A stretch of DNA of 53,513 bases, filler included, from Dimargaris cristalligena (taxonomy: Eukaryota), in assembly GCA_003614675.1 (NCBI GenBank). It is 2 parts of 2 records of this genome, joined end to end, with 100 filler letters (N's around TTAATTAATTAA, not from the genome) between each part and the next. Parts side by side here need not be neighbours in the genome. Positions count along the whole stretch, not along the records: positions 26,900 to 53,513 come from ML002537.1; 1 more part is not named here. One strand, given 5' to 3'. Under the pieces are notes generated by a model, which worked only from the letters and a program-made list of their open reading frames with translations, was not told the origin of the DNA and made no database searches. Positions 38,390 through 51,484 of this stretch are shown here, one piece after another. Within the stretch, counting starts at the first letter, position 1; the number at the start of each line of letters is the position of its first letter. A program made the position numbers and the translations under genes.

Positions 38390-40708
38390 TAGGCAGCCGC
38401 ACTAGACTTATAAGTGGGAAATGTAATACGAGGTAAGGATGTACTAGAAGGGAGAGGTTGGTTGGAATGAATTAACAGGGAATGAAGGATGTACAAGGCA
38501 ATGGAGCAAAGGTGAACCAAGATGGGCAATTGGCTTGGCTGTAACCACTAGAACTGGCTTGGGGACTTCGGCATTGACATAGACTCTGACGCTGACCATG
38601 GGACGGTTCTACCGCTGGCATTGTGTAGTTGGAATTCAGTGGAATGTCTGAAGCCGCATTTCTCTTGGCGCCTACTCGTTACGCAGGTTACGAATACGTG
38701 CGCAGTTGGCTATGGTTAAGGCTATGGCTCTAGAAGACTAGCTGTTGTCTATTGTTCAAACCATATTTTGGTCAGCAGTCCGTCTATCCAAGGCAATGGA
38801 ACCGCCTCGCACTACTAGACATGTCCCCCAAGATGGACTGAACCGGCATGGTAATAACTGAAGAGGAGGAGGTCAAATCAGGAGCCCAGGGGCACTTAAA
38901 TCCCCCGCGTTCCTGTAAGACACGTGTAGAGACGGTGATTATTATGACTCATGCCCCTTCTACGGACTGGAATGCCACTAGAGCAGCTCAAGAGAAAACT
39001 CTAGATACTTACGACAGGTGAAACGTGGTCTCAGCCCTTTTAATCCGATCCCCAGGGTCGTCAACCGGACCCGCTGCCGTCAACTTGGCTATGCAATTAT
39101 GGGTTATTTGGGGCTAGTTTGATGGGTACTGGGCTAGGCGATGTACGAGAGCCCGAACACGGCCGAGGACGGGGACATATACATGGACGACGCCATACAG
39201 TAATCGCTGGGCCCAATGTACTCCGCTTGCATCGGGTGAAACTCTGTGCCGCTGCATGCCGTGCGCAAGGGATTTTCTAGGCCATATTGACAGGCTGCAT
39301 TCCCTTTGGGTTTCTCGTTGCCCTTGGGCAGTCCGGTCTTTGGAGTTCATTCCGTCATTTCGTATTGTTCATTGGATACAATTGGGTACGGGAGGAGAGG
39401 GATACTGCCCCGTTACGCCGACTCAGGTGGAGGGTGTCGTTTTCAGTAGGAGCTTCTAATGTATTATAGATGATCTAATGTTTGCCCCCCCCCCTCTCTA
39501 TGCTCATCCAGCTGGTTTTAGTTGGCGAGTGGAGTTGTCATTCGACCGAGGGTATTTATTACATCCATCCATACATACATACATACATAACACGCTATAC
39601 TATACTGGTGGGTGGGTGAGTCTAGGGGGTTCGGACACCTTTAGGGGCGATGCGACCATGTCTCATTCACGCCCTGATTCGAAGGACCGGTCCAGCTAGT
39701 TGAAGCACTATTGGTGGAAAAACGCACAAGATGTGCGCGGCCTTGCGATAGGTTCGGAGCCGGACCGGGGTAACATAGTCAAAGTGATGACGAGCACCCT
39801 ACCATAATACAGAGAGAGAGGGCTCTTCTTTGGTTCCTCCTCACCCAGTTCCCGCCATTGGAACACCCCCCCCACATTACACATTGTGCTGCCCCTTGGA
39901 TGTCTCTCCATAGGGGCACACGGTATTGTGGGTGATCTGCGTGTATCTCCTTGGCTGAGAGGTATCTTCCCCCTTCTTTCTATTTCTTCTCTTTCCTGTA
40001 TCCATTTATTTCATTAATTCGTCGCTTTGACGTTTCTAATTATTAGTAGTTATTTGTATATAGATAGAACGGGCTTATTTAATATCCACGAAGAAAACGC
40101 CCTGCCATTTTCCACATACACACACACACATTCACACTCCCATCGGGGCGGTGCATAACCTTATTTAGCTATTTCAGGCCCTCTCTTCAGCTTATCCAAA
40201 GGGGTTTGTGACACCGTTTTCCGTTTGTAGCCGTCGCTGTTTCCTGGTCTTTTCTTTTACGCACTCCCTTGCGACCCACCCCGCCTTTTCGTCGAGTAAA
40301 GCTATTCCCAGGCCCACGCCGACGACGTCTGTATCCTCTTCCCCCACTTACCACACCGCTACCCCATAGGTTACTCCATATAAAGGTCGCCTCGCAAGCA
40401 ACTTGGCTTCCTTCCGTTGAACCTTTTTAGCTGCAATCGTCTTGCCTCTTCCCTGTAGACCAAGTGCCGTCTTGTAGATTCACTCGCTGCCAGTTCGCAT
40501 TCGCCCTTTTCCCGCGCACTCTCGATCGTTATAGCTGCCCCAAGAGTCCATTGCCGTGGTCAACATCGGTTCGTCGCTGTCCACCCACCTATTACTTCAT
40601 TACAAGGGCCTCTAGCCGCTCGTGTTATTTCGTTTGGTGCATTCACCTCGCTAGTTATATATACATACCACGCTCCAGTATCCTCAGTGTCAAACGTGCT
40701 CCTCCACC

Positions 40709-42199
40709 ATGTCAGCAGGGTTTCCCGGTCGGCTGGCTACCACCAGCCCGGCTTGCCATAAAAGACAACTTAGCCTGGCCTATCTTTTACTAGGGGTATT
40801 AGTGGCCCTGGTGGTCTTTAGAGCTCCGGCTGCGGTAGTGGCCAACTCAGTCGTCCCCCACGATCGGTCATTAGTATATCATAGTTCGATTGACGCCGGC
40901 CCTGGCTATTCTTCCGACCCCACCGTGTGTCCGTGCGCGCTACCCCTCCCTCCCTCTTCTCCCCAATTCGCCAACTCAATTCTCTTCGGTGCTGATGGAT
41001 TTTGGGACGTCCCGTCCCCCCCGTCGGCCCGTCCGGTCGTTTTATTAGCCGGGGCTTCGCAGCCCGAGGCCGACGAGCCCCCCGAAATGCGCACGGGTCC
41101 ATTATCGTGGATGAATGTAGCCATTGCGTCGGGTTTGATGGTGATCGACGGCATCATCTCCATCGTGATGGGATTGCACCTAGAGAACACCCTCTTAGTC
41201 TCCGCGGTGCGCTGCCTGGTCCAGCTCACCATCATGGGCTTCCTCTTGGAGGACGTTTTTGCCACCCGGAACCCCCTGTTGGTGCTGGCCATGAGTAGTT
41301 TCCTCATTATTATGGCTACCTACGAAACCGTGTTTTCCAAATGCAAGCGGCGTCACACTGGTATGGTCTTCTCCGTGCTCAGTTCGCTGTGCATCAGTAC
41401 CATTGCCGTGTCGTCCATCGGCGGGATGTATGCCCTTAATGCCCGGCCCTTCTGGTACCCGTACAAGTTTATCCCCACCCTCGGCATGCTGCTCGGTAAT
41501 TGTATGACCGGCACGGCCTTGGGTCTCAACACCTGCCTGACATCCGCCACCGAAAACAAAGAGCGCATCGAGAGCTATCTGTCCATGGGGGCCAGTCGCT
41601 GGGAGGCCGTTCGTCCGGTAGCCATCGAGGCCATCCGTAACGCCATGTTGCCTACCCTGAATAACATGAGCATCATGGGCCTCATTTCCATCCCTGGTAT
41701 GATGACCGGTCAGATTCTCGGCGGGGTCCCCGTACTCGATGCGGTCAAATACCAACAAATCATCATGTTTATGATTGCCGCCTCCACCGCCATGGGCTCC
41801 TTAGCCGCCGTCCTGATTTGCCTCCACACCGTTATTGACAAGACCCACCGGTTACGACTCGACCGGATTTACGTATCGGGTTCGCTCCTCATGCGGGAAC
41901 GCAAGGGACTGAAGCGGACTACCCGCTTCTTCTTCGGCGCAGGCTCGAGTCCCGTATCGTCATCCAGTGATGAGCTATGTACTGCTGAATTCGACCGGAA
42001 ACAGCGTACGGCGGCTTCACCACCCCCGAGTCGCTGGTTCGGCAGCCGATTGGGATCGGCCCTCAAACTCGCCTTCTGGGACTATCCGCGTCAGCGTTGG
42101 AGTGGCCTCAGCAGGGGTCGGTGGGCCCGGAGGCATACCGATCAGGGCGATGAAGGATGTGGTAGCGAGGTCAACGAACGTTCCCGCCTCGTAGTTTAA
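40709..42199 (+). CDS. UPF0014 family membrane protein (YbbM/FetB/STAR2-like ABC permease domain)
   Basis: SAVRCLVQLTIMGFLL, FIPTLGMLLGNCM, IESYLSMGASRWEA, MGLISIPGMMTGQILGG and AVKYQQIIMFMI. The true start codon is uncertain. Confidence 0.9.
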   Translation: MSAGFPGRLATTSPACHKRQLSLAYLLLGVLVALVVFRAPAAVVANSVVPHDRSLVYHSSIDAGPGYSSDPTVCPCALPLPPSSPQFANSILFGADGFWDVPSPPSARPVVLLAGASQPEADEPPEMRTGPLSWMNVAIASGLMVIDGIISIVMGLHLENTLLVSAVRCLVQLTIMGFLLEDVFATRNPLLVLAMSSFLIIMATYETVFSKCKRRHTGMVFSVLSSLCISTIAVSSIGGMYALNARPFWYPYKFIPTLGMLLGNCMTGTALGLNTCLTSATENKERIESYLSMGASRWEAVRPVAIEAIRNAMLPTLNNMSIMGLISIPGMMTGQILGGVPVLDAVKYQQIIMFMIAASTAMGSLAAVLICLHTVIDKTHRLRLDRIYVSGSLLMRERKGLKRTTRFFFGAGSSPVSSSSDELCTAEFDRKQRTAASPPPSRWFGSRLGSALKLAFWDYPRQRWSGLSRGRWARRHTDQGDEGCGSEVNERSRLVV

Positions 42200-43089
42200 A
42201 TTAACCAAGGATACACCTACACACCCCAAAAACGGAGGGAGGGGGGTCGTGATCGTGTAGGGGGTATAATATGGGTATCCAATCTCCGTATTTTTCATTT
42301 TTGTTTTAAAAAAAGCGATGCCTAATTTTCCTACCGTCTCCTGTTGAATTCTTTGAAATTCCACTAGCAAGCCAGTTTTCGACTGCCCCCGGTCTGTTCA
42401 TGTATAATCGCAGCTACAAACAACCTTGTCCCCAAACATTAGAGCCAATTTATCTAACTCTCACTTCCGTGTTGCAATTCGCGAAATCTGTTATTTACTA
42501 CCCCCGCCATTATTGTTTACCCGTGGTTTTTAGGCTTCTGTAGCATGTATTTTTGTATTATTGGCATATTCCAGATAAACCACTTATTATTTTATACTTG
42601 TTTTGTTTTTTTTAATATTCCTCATTTCCCGTTAATATTTGCATCACATTGGACCCCGATCGCTTCTTTTGACTCGTGCGATCCATCTGACCGGGTTATA
42701 TTGCATTTACTATATATCCACCTGATGTTTCAAATCCCCACACACAACCTCGCCGCCACCCCACTCTGGCCTTTATTTCTTTTAAATAATAATAAAATGG
42801 TAAATCGAGCACTTATTAAGATGGCGACATCACGTGACCGTTTAATCGATTGGAAATCAATGAATCTTGCTGATATTAATTGGCAGTAGAAGGAGGAAGG
42901 CCAAATGCCATAAGCATAGTGCAAAATTTCTAGTTTAAACCATTGAATTCAACCTTGAGATTTCCTCGAGAGTTTTACATCCATTCATTTCAGCAGTATA
43001 AGTTCATTGTACCTCTTTTTGTTTTTCGCCTGAACCACGGAACACATTGCCCTAGTGGCTGTCCCCCCTCATTCCACAACCTGCTGCCC

Positions 43090-46000
43090 ATGCTTAGACA
43101 CGCTTTACACCAGGGCTTTGGCGCACGAGGCAAGGGCCGTTGTTCCCTAATGCGCACAACCTGGTGCTTGGCCCGTACCCAATCGACCACCACTACCACC
43201 GCCACCACCACCACCACTACGCAACGCTCCACCCATGCCATTAACAGCCTCGACTCCGCCAGTCCCCGGGCCCCGGACCTCGTTCTCCGGGGCTCGATCC
43301 CCAAACCGGTCAACCAAATGTACGTGCAGCCCTCCGTGCGCCTGCCCGTCACCCGCCGGCTCGGCCCCGACTGCCACTTTACCGATCGGTTCGAGTATCT
43401 CCAGCGGCCCATCGAACCCATTTCCCTCTCCTACCGGGACCAGGAATCGGCCTACACGGTCCAGAACTTGGCCACCTTTAATGGGTCCCGGCAGTTCTTT
43501 TTGAATCGCGTGTGGCATTACCACCGGTTCGATCAGATCCGGCGCCCTCTAAGGATGCACCATCCCGTCCTGCCCCAGTGGCTCTATTATACGGAACGGC
43601 GCCGGCCGGCCGGGTCAACAATGGTGACGGATAAAGCTACATCGACAGCCAGTGCGAAGTCCACCCCACCATCGTCGGGTCAGGAGCCGGTTAATCCCCA
43701 AGACTCAACCCCCGAATCCCAGGGATCGTCCATTCGGCTATACCGGGTTTGGCAGGGGGGAAGCAGTAGTCAGGGGAGTGGTCAGTCAGATACGTTGGTA
43801 AGAGTGAAGGGTAAACCCGAGCTTCTGTACGATTCATCCCTGCATTCGGCTAACCAGAGCTATTTCCACGAAATCCGCCTTTGTCCCACGAATCCCTCCC
43901 TGTTCGCGGTTGTCTACAAGCGCTATAAGGATTTCCGGACGTTGGTCAACGAGCACCAAACCATGGTCTATAAGATTGACGAACAGACTTCACAAGCCAC
44001 AATGGTAGGTACTTAGAAACACAGAAATGCCCAAATCCTTGGTTCGTGCCCACTTGGGCGCTTGTTATAGGGAAAGCCCACCACTACTCTGGCCCTACAC
44101 TATTTCCGACTTGGTATTTATATATATATATATATATATATATTTGCTATGCGTTAAAAATCCGATGCCATGCACAGGTCATTAATGTTCTAAATACCGG
44201 TGACGTTATCTGGAACCCTAACGGAAAATCGGTCTTTGTGATTAAAAACGCCGAGGATGAAACCGGCAAGGTAAGTATTGCCAAATGACTGTCTTTGTCC
44301 CCCCTACTCATGATAACTAGAACAATTTTACCGACACTACTGGTAGATATATTATTATCGGCAGTCTAAATATATATTTCTGGAAAACATTAATACTGCC
44401 ACTGGATTGCACTTAATACTTCCTTATTTGCTAACACTCCATTATTGGTGCTTTACCCTTTCTTTTCTTCCTCTATGCATCAGCTCCATCTGCATGAAAT
44501 TACAGCTAAGCAGTCAATAGCAAAGCAAGAATCGCGATTAATGCCTCTACATCCATCCCAAAGCGACAGCGATTCCTTCAATTTGGGAATCACGAGTGAC
44601 GGTGTAAGTTTTGCATATCCCCTGGGGATTACGGTATCAATAGACTCTTCCTTAACCAGTCCGATTATTTTACTTCCAACCCATCTATTTTTCGAATACT
44701 TTGGCCGGCCTTCATAGCGCGCTTTATATATATAACACCTGTCCCTACTTTACATGGTGCCCCGTCCATTAAATTGGCTTGCATTTTCTGGCTGTACTAA
44801 CCATCCATCGGATTGCCCCTGCTCCGGTATTCTGGCGACTTCTTCCTCTACAACTAGAAATTCCTCTACACAAGTACGTACAGTCCAGAAGGCACTCAAG
44901 TCGTTTGGTGTCCTCTCACTGATGCTGACGGCCGGTCTATCCACCCCGACTTTGTAAAAAAAGGCCAACCGGTAACTTTCCCTGTTAACTACTGGGATCT
45001 CCGTATCGACTCGAACCAGGTAAATACATTCATAATAATTAAGGTTATTGGTATGGTGGTGTTCAAGGATATCTCCATGACCTACCCTACTTCATATCTT
45101 CAGCGGAATTTTTCCTTGAAGGGAATTCGAGAGGATAGGTGACTGGGTAACCTCGCCAAAAGTAGGTACTATATTGTTGAACCTATTCGACATCTCTTCG
45201 CCGATTCCTTGGCACCTTACTTTTACCAAGGCTTATTTACATATTTATTTATTTTTTTGGACTTTGGCCAATTCCTAATTCTACTGTTGTATTCCCACTA
45301 CTTTAGGGCCAACTTTTTATAGTGAAAAATCGCCCAGATACTGGGGAGCCTATTATTTATAATGGCCCCCTCGCCGCTACGAGCGACAGCGCCCTCCAAA
45401 AATTTGCCCACCTCGCAGCCAACGAAACCATTACTTACCTCCGAGTATTCAAGGTAAGTCCCATTTGCATCACCCTATTCCCATCACTTCCTATCCATAA
45501 TCCCGTGATTTCGGGTACTGTTCAGTGTGTATTCTCCACGCCCTAGACGACTAATTAGCATTTTGGCTCATGTACTCTCTCGCCTCTGATTGTTGGATCG
45601 CCGGTTTTATACTCCTGCAGAACCACCTGGTCGTCTTCGGGGTCCGCGAGGGCAGCTCGTTCGTCCGCATCTTCGATCTGCTACTCCCCCAGTCATGTGA
45701 CATACCATCCGTCGACCACCCCTTACCGGAAAAATACGTCACTATTCACCCGGCCGTTGATCTGGCTTATGACAGTGACATTCTGCAATTCTACTGCGAG
45801 TCCCCGCTGAGTGATATTCATTTGGTAGAGTTTGATATGCGTACCCAGAAGACCAACTTTATTGAGGGACCAACTATCACAGGTAAGTAATATTAATTTA
45901 AGTCGCACTGCAGATATATTTATATACATTGATCGTATAGACAAAGCCATGCACTATGAGGTTCCTCGAAAAATACATCATCGGCTCGGGTAGCTATGGA

Positions 46001-47791
46001 GGGGATGGCCTCGATTTGCAAGTGTGTGTTAGCGGAGTGGGCCTTCTGATGCACTGTTTGAGAAGAATCGACTCCCATCATCCTACTTAAATTGTTACCC
46101 ACCCCTGGCTTACTCTGGCCGACTTCGCCCGGCATTGCACTCCAAAATACAATGGTGCATTGACTTAATCCATATATTCCCCGCTACTACTATTTCCATG
46201 ATGTCACGGTTTGCCGGGGCTGGCTCATTTATAGGATTCGATCGTAGTCGCTACGAAGTGGCAATGGAGTACGCTCCAGCGAAGGAAGACGGGGTTAAAA
46301 TCCCGATGTTGCTTGTTAAACAGGCCAATGAGCAATATCCTGGACCTCGGCCGACACTCGTCCACTCCAACGGTGCTTACGGCCAGATTATGCCCTTGGT
46401 CTTTGAACCGGAAAACATCATGCTGCTCCAGCGCGGCTGGAATCTAGCCTATCCCTTTATCAGGTAAGTGAATGGTATAACCCACCTGAGTAATTTTTGG
46501 ACCGACTGATTACTGATAGCCCAACAATTGTAGCCTTCATATGCTAACTTGATTTGTTTTGGTCATGGGACCCCCCCCCCCACTCACCCACCCTCCCTTA
46601 TTTGTATTGATATGTTACAGAGGTGGAGGCGAATGCGGCCAAAAATGGTACGAGGGTGGTGTCCGCGAACGTAAAGACGTGGCGGCTCGTGATCTCATCC
46701 AATGTGCCAAGCACCTGATCGCCGAGGGCCACGCCGAACCGGGCCTGATGGGCCTAAACTGTATCAAAGGGGGCGGGTTTGTCGGAGGTATCGCCGTTCA
46801 AAAACGACCCCACCAATTCCGGGCCGTGACTATGGATACCCCTTTGGTAGACCCGTACCCCCTAACCGCTAAACTCGACCCCATGGCCGCGGCCCCCGAA
46901 CGCGTGGAATACGGTGACCCTCCCGCCGAATTAGCCGATCTAAAGCGCCCAAGTCAGAACCGGAACCAGAGTTGGAGTCGGAGTCAGGGCCAGAGACGGG
47001 GTGCCGAGCTCCCCGTCCCCTCGGTGTTCCAGCAGGTGTTGAACCTAACCCCTTATTACCGTCTACAGGATGTCAATGGTCAGGGAAATTTACGCCAACC
47101 TCCCCCCGGCGCGGCTATGGCCTCCCCCGTTTCCCCCAAGCTTCAGCGGACCGACTTCCGGGTTCCCCCGCCGGGTCTCCATTTAAAAAGGCAACGCCTG
47201 GTCGAAATATCCCAAACCATTGTACCCAAGGCCATTGCCCCTTTAGACTACCAAACGGCTATGCATGGCAGGGGTAAACGCAACCCGGCCAACCAGCTTA
47301 TTCGCATTCCCCGCAGTCTCCTGGAGCCCACGCAGGAAACCCAGGATACCGCCAAGTGGCCCACGATGTTTATCCATACGGACTACCCCCAGAATCTGGA
47401 TTTCCCCCACCACCGACCCGTCACGGAATACAGTCAGGTGCTGAAGTGGATGGCCTGTCTGCGGTCGTCGATCTTCCTCCACCGGTCCGGGCCGATTAAA
47501 CGGACCCACGGGGAAATGGGCTTGAAAAAAACCCCCGAGACCATCACCACCACCACCGAACAAGTCGTCGACCCTACTACGGTGGCGGCGGGTGAGAAAT
47601 CGCCTCGGGTGAATATAGCCAATCCAGAGAAATTTGAAGCGGGCACCCAGCGGCTTTATTTGCTGGCGGGTCGACTTCATCGGACGGACCGGGTGGGAGC
47701 CCGGTTCGCCATGCCCCAGCTCAATCGGACTAGTGCGTTGGCCATGTTGGTTAATGAAATTGAATACCATGCCTCGTGCAAGTCCAATTGA
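43090..47791 (+). CDS. Prolyl oligopeptidase / oligopeptidase B (S9A)-like protein, probably mitochondrial and catalytically inactive; exons 43090-44004, 44178-44270, 44484-44603, 44858-45019, 45307-45453, 45621-45882, 46235-46463, 46621-47791 (~1032 aa)
   Basis: Motifs DRFEYL, TSDG|KFLY, EDGVKIPMLLV, PTLVHSNGAYG, LLQRGWNLAYPFI|RGGGECGQKWYEGG, DLIQCAKHLIAEG and EYGDP. All seven GT-AG introns keep frame. Arg-rich presequence MLRHALHQGFGARGKGR. Confidence 0.85.
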
Positions 47792-50136
47792 CAGCATCAT
47801 CACCCCCCCCCCTCATTCTGTACAGATTAGAGTAACCCTGGGCAAATAAACTATAGAGTCTTGATTGTTTCTCCCCTCCTCCTCCCCATTTTCCGGGGAG
47901 GTTTTTTTTCTATAAGATTAGAGGGTGGCCCTTTTAATCTCCATGTGGCTGCCAAACCAGGCGGTGCTATTCAGAAGGTGCGATTATGTGGGGTCAAATC
48001 TAACTTTTGTCCTTGCTTATTGATTTCCATAAAGATTACTGCTAGATGTATGGTCTGTTCTATGGCAAATTGATGTTCTGTCGCCGCCACCCCCCACGTC
48101 TAAAGCACCATGGCCATTGCACCCATCCTCCTTAATCTACTTGACCTATTGCCCAATGGCGGGGGTGGGGTAGGGCATTGCTTTATGAATTCGCCTGTTG
48201 GTTGGCCCTTGGGGAAGGTGTTGTGGCCCCACAGGTCAACGCAGCCGTGGCAATTTTCCTACAGTTGTTTACATATTAATTTGCAGGGCCAAACATAACT
48301 AGGATTACTTTTCCCTCCCTCTCACCCTCCCTTTCTCTCCAAGGCGATGCCTTTTCACCCCTCATCCGGGATTCATAGTGGTAAAAGACGGAGTGAGAAG
48401 GAACATGCTGCATGGGATTGGCATACAACGTAAGGTATTCAAGGGTTCACTGAAGGAGGGTTGCCTTATCCAATGCAAGTTTCACGACTGGGTGGGCGGA
48501 CAGTAGTTTTATGGAAATGTCAGAGATATGAATTGAAATAAATAAATATAATATAATATAATATAATATACATATACATATACATATACAAGGAATCCCT
48601 AAATTTTCGAGTAAAATAATTCCCTCCGAACGTGTACAGCATGAAATTAGATCTACCCATAGGGAACCGATGTCTTCGTGGGTATGGAGGGGGCTGGGGA
48701 GGTCTTTACTGGCCGATAAGGCGGGCTAAACCGATCATTTACTGACCCCCAAAGATTTCTGGATGAAAGCTTTCTCAGCCGGTATTGGTGGGCCGAAGGC
48801 CCGGCGGCGGCGGCTAATCCACAGAACTTGTTTGACCATCCGCAACGTATAGTGACCCCCCCTCCTCCTCTTTTTCCCCTTTGTACTGCGAGCGCCCTAA
48901 GAGTTTAGTCACGCGGGCACCTTGAATATATTGACAGGGCCAGGTTCACCACAGTCGAACTGTATGTGTCCCTCCATTCCCCGGCCGGGAAACATGTCAG
49001 GGTAATTGTGATTCTCCGGCCGGCTCATATTGACGCCTACTCCTTGATTCTGCAGGTCGGGAATGAATGAGATCTTCAAGCCAAGGGTCACCACTGACGT
49101 GCGAAGTGCAGAAATGTTGGTCGGCGAGACTCGTTTGGCGGAGATGAACGTGAATATATGGAGTGGGACCCGGTTTTAAAAGGATAACCGCGGAATACGA
49201 GGGTAGAAAGGCGGGGCGGGTTAGTAGTATAGTGGGCACTGAATGGGGGAGGTAACCTGTACATCCGTCAGCAAAATACTGCTGGGGTAGACTGAATAAG
49301 TCTCCCTTTCTCTCCTTGAACTGTCATTGAACCTATGGGTTGGGCTGATGTACATCACGTTGTTATGGCATGAAAATAACGACAGGCACCGGGTGATACA
49401 ATAATGAGAGAATAAGTTATACTATAGTTGTCCATTACATATTCCGGCGACGGCCGCCCAGATCTAAGCCAGTGGTGGGCCAAACTAAAGAGTTCCTTCG
49501 ACCGCATCGATACCTGAACCTAAATAAGCGGGGTCACCGGTGGCTCGTTGTTTGGTCTGTCCCAGTTTTCACCCTGGTATTTGCAATTCCCACCGGCATC
49601 GAAGGTTTGTTGGGTGTATTTCGGCCTGAGTGCAGATGTAACGCCTCCCTGATGCTGGAACTCGCGGCTTTATCGCGCTTGTTTTTCCCAGACCAGGCTG
49701 TCCGATTGCTGAGGGTGTGTGCCGGCTGGCTGTTTTGTTGACGGCATGACTTGGACAGTAGTATCCCTTGGAAAATACAGTAGTGAGATCAGTCATGGGT
49801 GATAATCTCGCCTAACTAACTCCCCGGGCATATGAACATTATTCACTCAATAGGTTAGGGAACCTTCAGGCACATGGTCCTATAAATAGGCCGGTGCCGG
49901 GATCCCTTGAACTCTACTGTCATTCATTGTTTAGTCCGGCTTATACGGTACCATTTCCCATTCTTTAGCACTCCCCAGTTGCCATATCGACCCATAGTCG
50001 ACCCTTCTTCACCTCCTCTCCGACGGATATCGAATTACTCGCTGTCCTTATCGCCGACCATACCACCAGCACCACCTTCTCCACTGCTGCCCTCTCTCCC
50101 TCTTTTCTTTTCTATTCTCATTAGACCAAAGCCGCT

Positions 50137-50679
50137 ATGAGGCTGTTAGTCTTTCTCGCCGCGTTTATGTGCGTCTCCGCCCAGGCCTGGGGCGGCGTGA
50201 GCATTACCGAACCCAACCGCAGTGTCTACCTAGTCGAGGGTCGGGATATGATTGTCCGATGGACCACATCGGACAGCTACCCCGCCTTGGTGAACATTTT
50301 CATGTACAGCGACCATAACAAGGATTTCGTGGGGGAATACGCCATTGCTAGTTCCGTGAACACGACCAGTCGGGAGGCCCGAATTACTTCCAAGAGCGGC
50401 ATGGTGGGCGATTCGTGGATCATTTTTATGCGGGTGGCCGGCAATGACCCCGTATTCGGGACGGGTACGGAAGTGGCCCGGAGTGAACCTTTTGAAATTA
50501 AACCCAGCGGGACGACGCCGACCCAGAGCCAGGATTCCCCCACCTCAACGTCCAAGTCTGATAGCACCAACGGCAATTCGGCGGCCGGATCGACGGTGCA
50601 CATGAATAGTGGTTGGAGTCTGTCGGCTGTCTTAGTGGGGGCCTGGGTTGCTGGCGCTGCCCTCTTTTACGGATATTGA
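50137..50679 (+). CDS. Secreted, probably GPI-anchored Ser/Thr-rich surface protein (Kre9/KNH-like N-terminal domain)
   Basis: Signal peptide MRLLVFLAAFMCVSAQA, then ITEP...IVRWT and ARSEPFEI, a Ser/Thr stalk, an omega-like NGNSAAG and a hydrophobic C-terminal tail. TATAAAT at about 49881. Confidence 0.8.
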   Translation: MRLLVFLAAFMCVSAQAWGGVSITEPNRSVYLVEGRDMIVRWTTSDSYPALVNIFMYSDHNKDFVGEYAIASSVNTTSREARITSKSGMVGDSWIIFMRVAGNDPVFGTGTEVARSEPFEIKPSGTTPTQSQDSPTSTSKSDSTNGNSAAGSTVHMNSGWSLSAVLVGAWVAGAALFYGY

Positions 50680-51484
50680 CCACTCTACCAACAATGCCCA
50701 GTGTTTCCCCCTGTCTATACCACTTGCATATGTACCCAGGGCCCCCCAATAGCGGGCCCATTAGTCCCCCTCTTCCCCTCTGCTCCCATTTCCATCCCCA
50801 TACCCGTAGGATTGGAATGGCTTATTAGTCGCATTTCATTAAGTTTAGTTAGGTGTATAGAACGATATAGCGAAATTTACCGAGACCGTGGTGCCTAATA
50901 GTATTATAAATATTTCTATTTTAGTATTGTTTGGGGGTGCTTATGGATGTAATGGGGCTAGAGGGGTATATGGCCTAAATGCTAGTATACCGCTTGGCAG
51001 CACACATGGTGGTGATAAATGGACCAGTGACGCATCCGCACGGGTGTGTTAGGGAAGAAAGGGAATACAAACTGTTCGGGCTGCTGCGCCACGCCTGCGG
51101 CCGAGGTTTTGGTGGGATTTGCCACTGCAGGCTATATAGTTTGGGGAAGAAGAGGGAAACCTCCCATTTAAAATATACCCTTTGCCCAATGACATGGCGC
51201 ACCCGTACTTTTGTGCAGTAGTTAGTGGTATTTCCCCCCGCTCATTATATCAGCTTGTGAACGTGGTATTATGGCCCCTTTCCCAGTTGCGACCCGAGCT
51301 CTCCCCTTTTTCCTCTCTAACCTCCACCACCACATTATTGTTCCTACTGTTATCGTTTAACAAGCCCCGCCAACCTGTTTACAGTTATCCGTCCAAAGTA
51401 CTTTTTATTCCTTGGCATTTCCCCCCCTCTAGGTAGTTCAAACTGTTGTTCCTCGTCCCATTCCTCTTGTCACCTCTTTTCGAT

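Noticed and set aside
48909..49796. Possible spliced minus-strand gene
   Set aside because: I could not build a phase-consistent model or recognise any homology.
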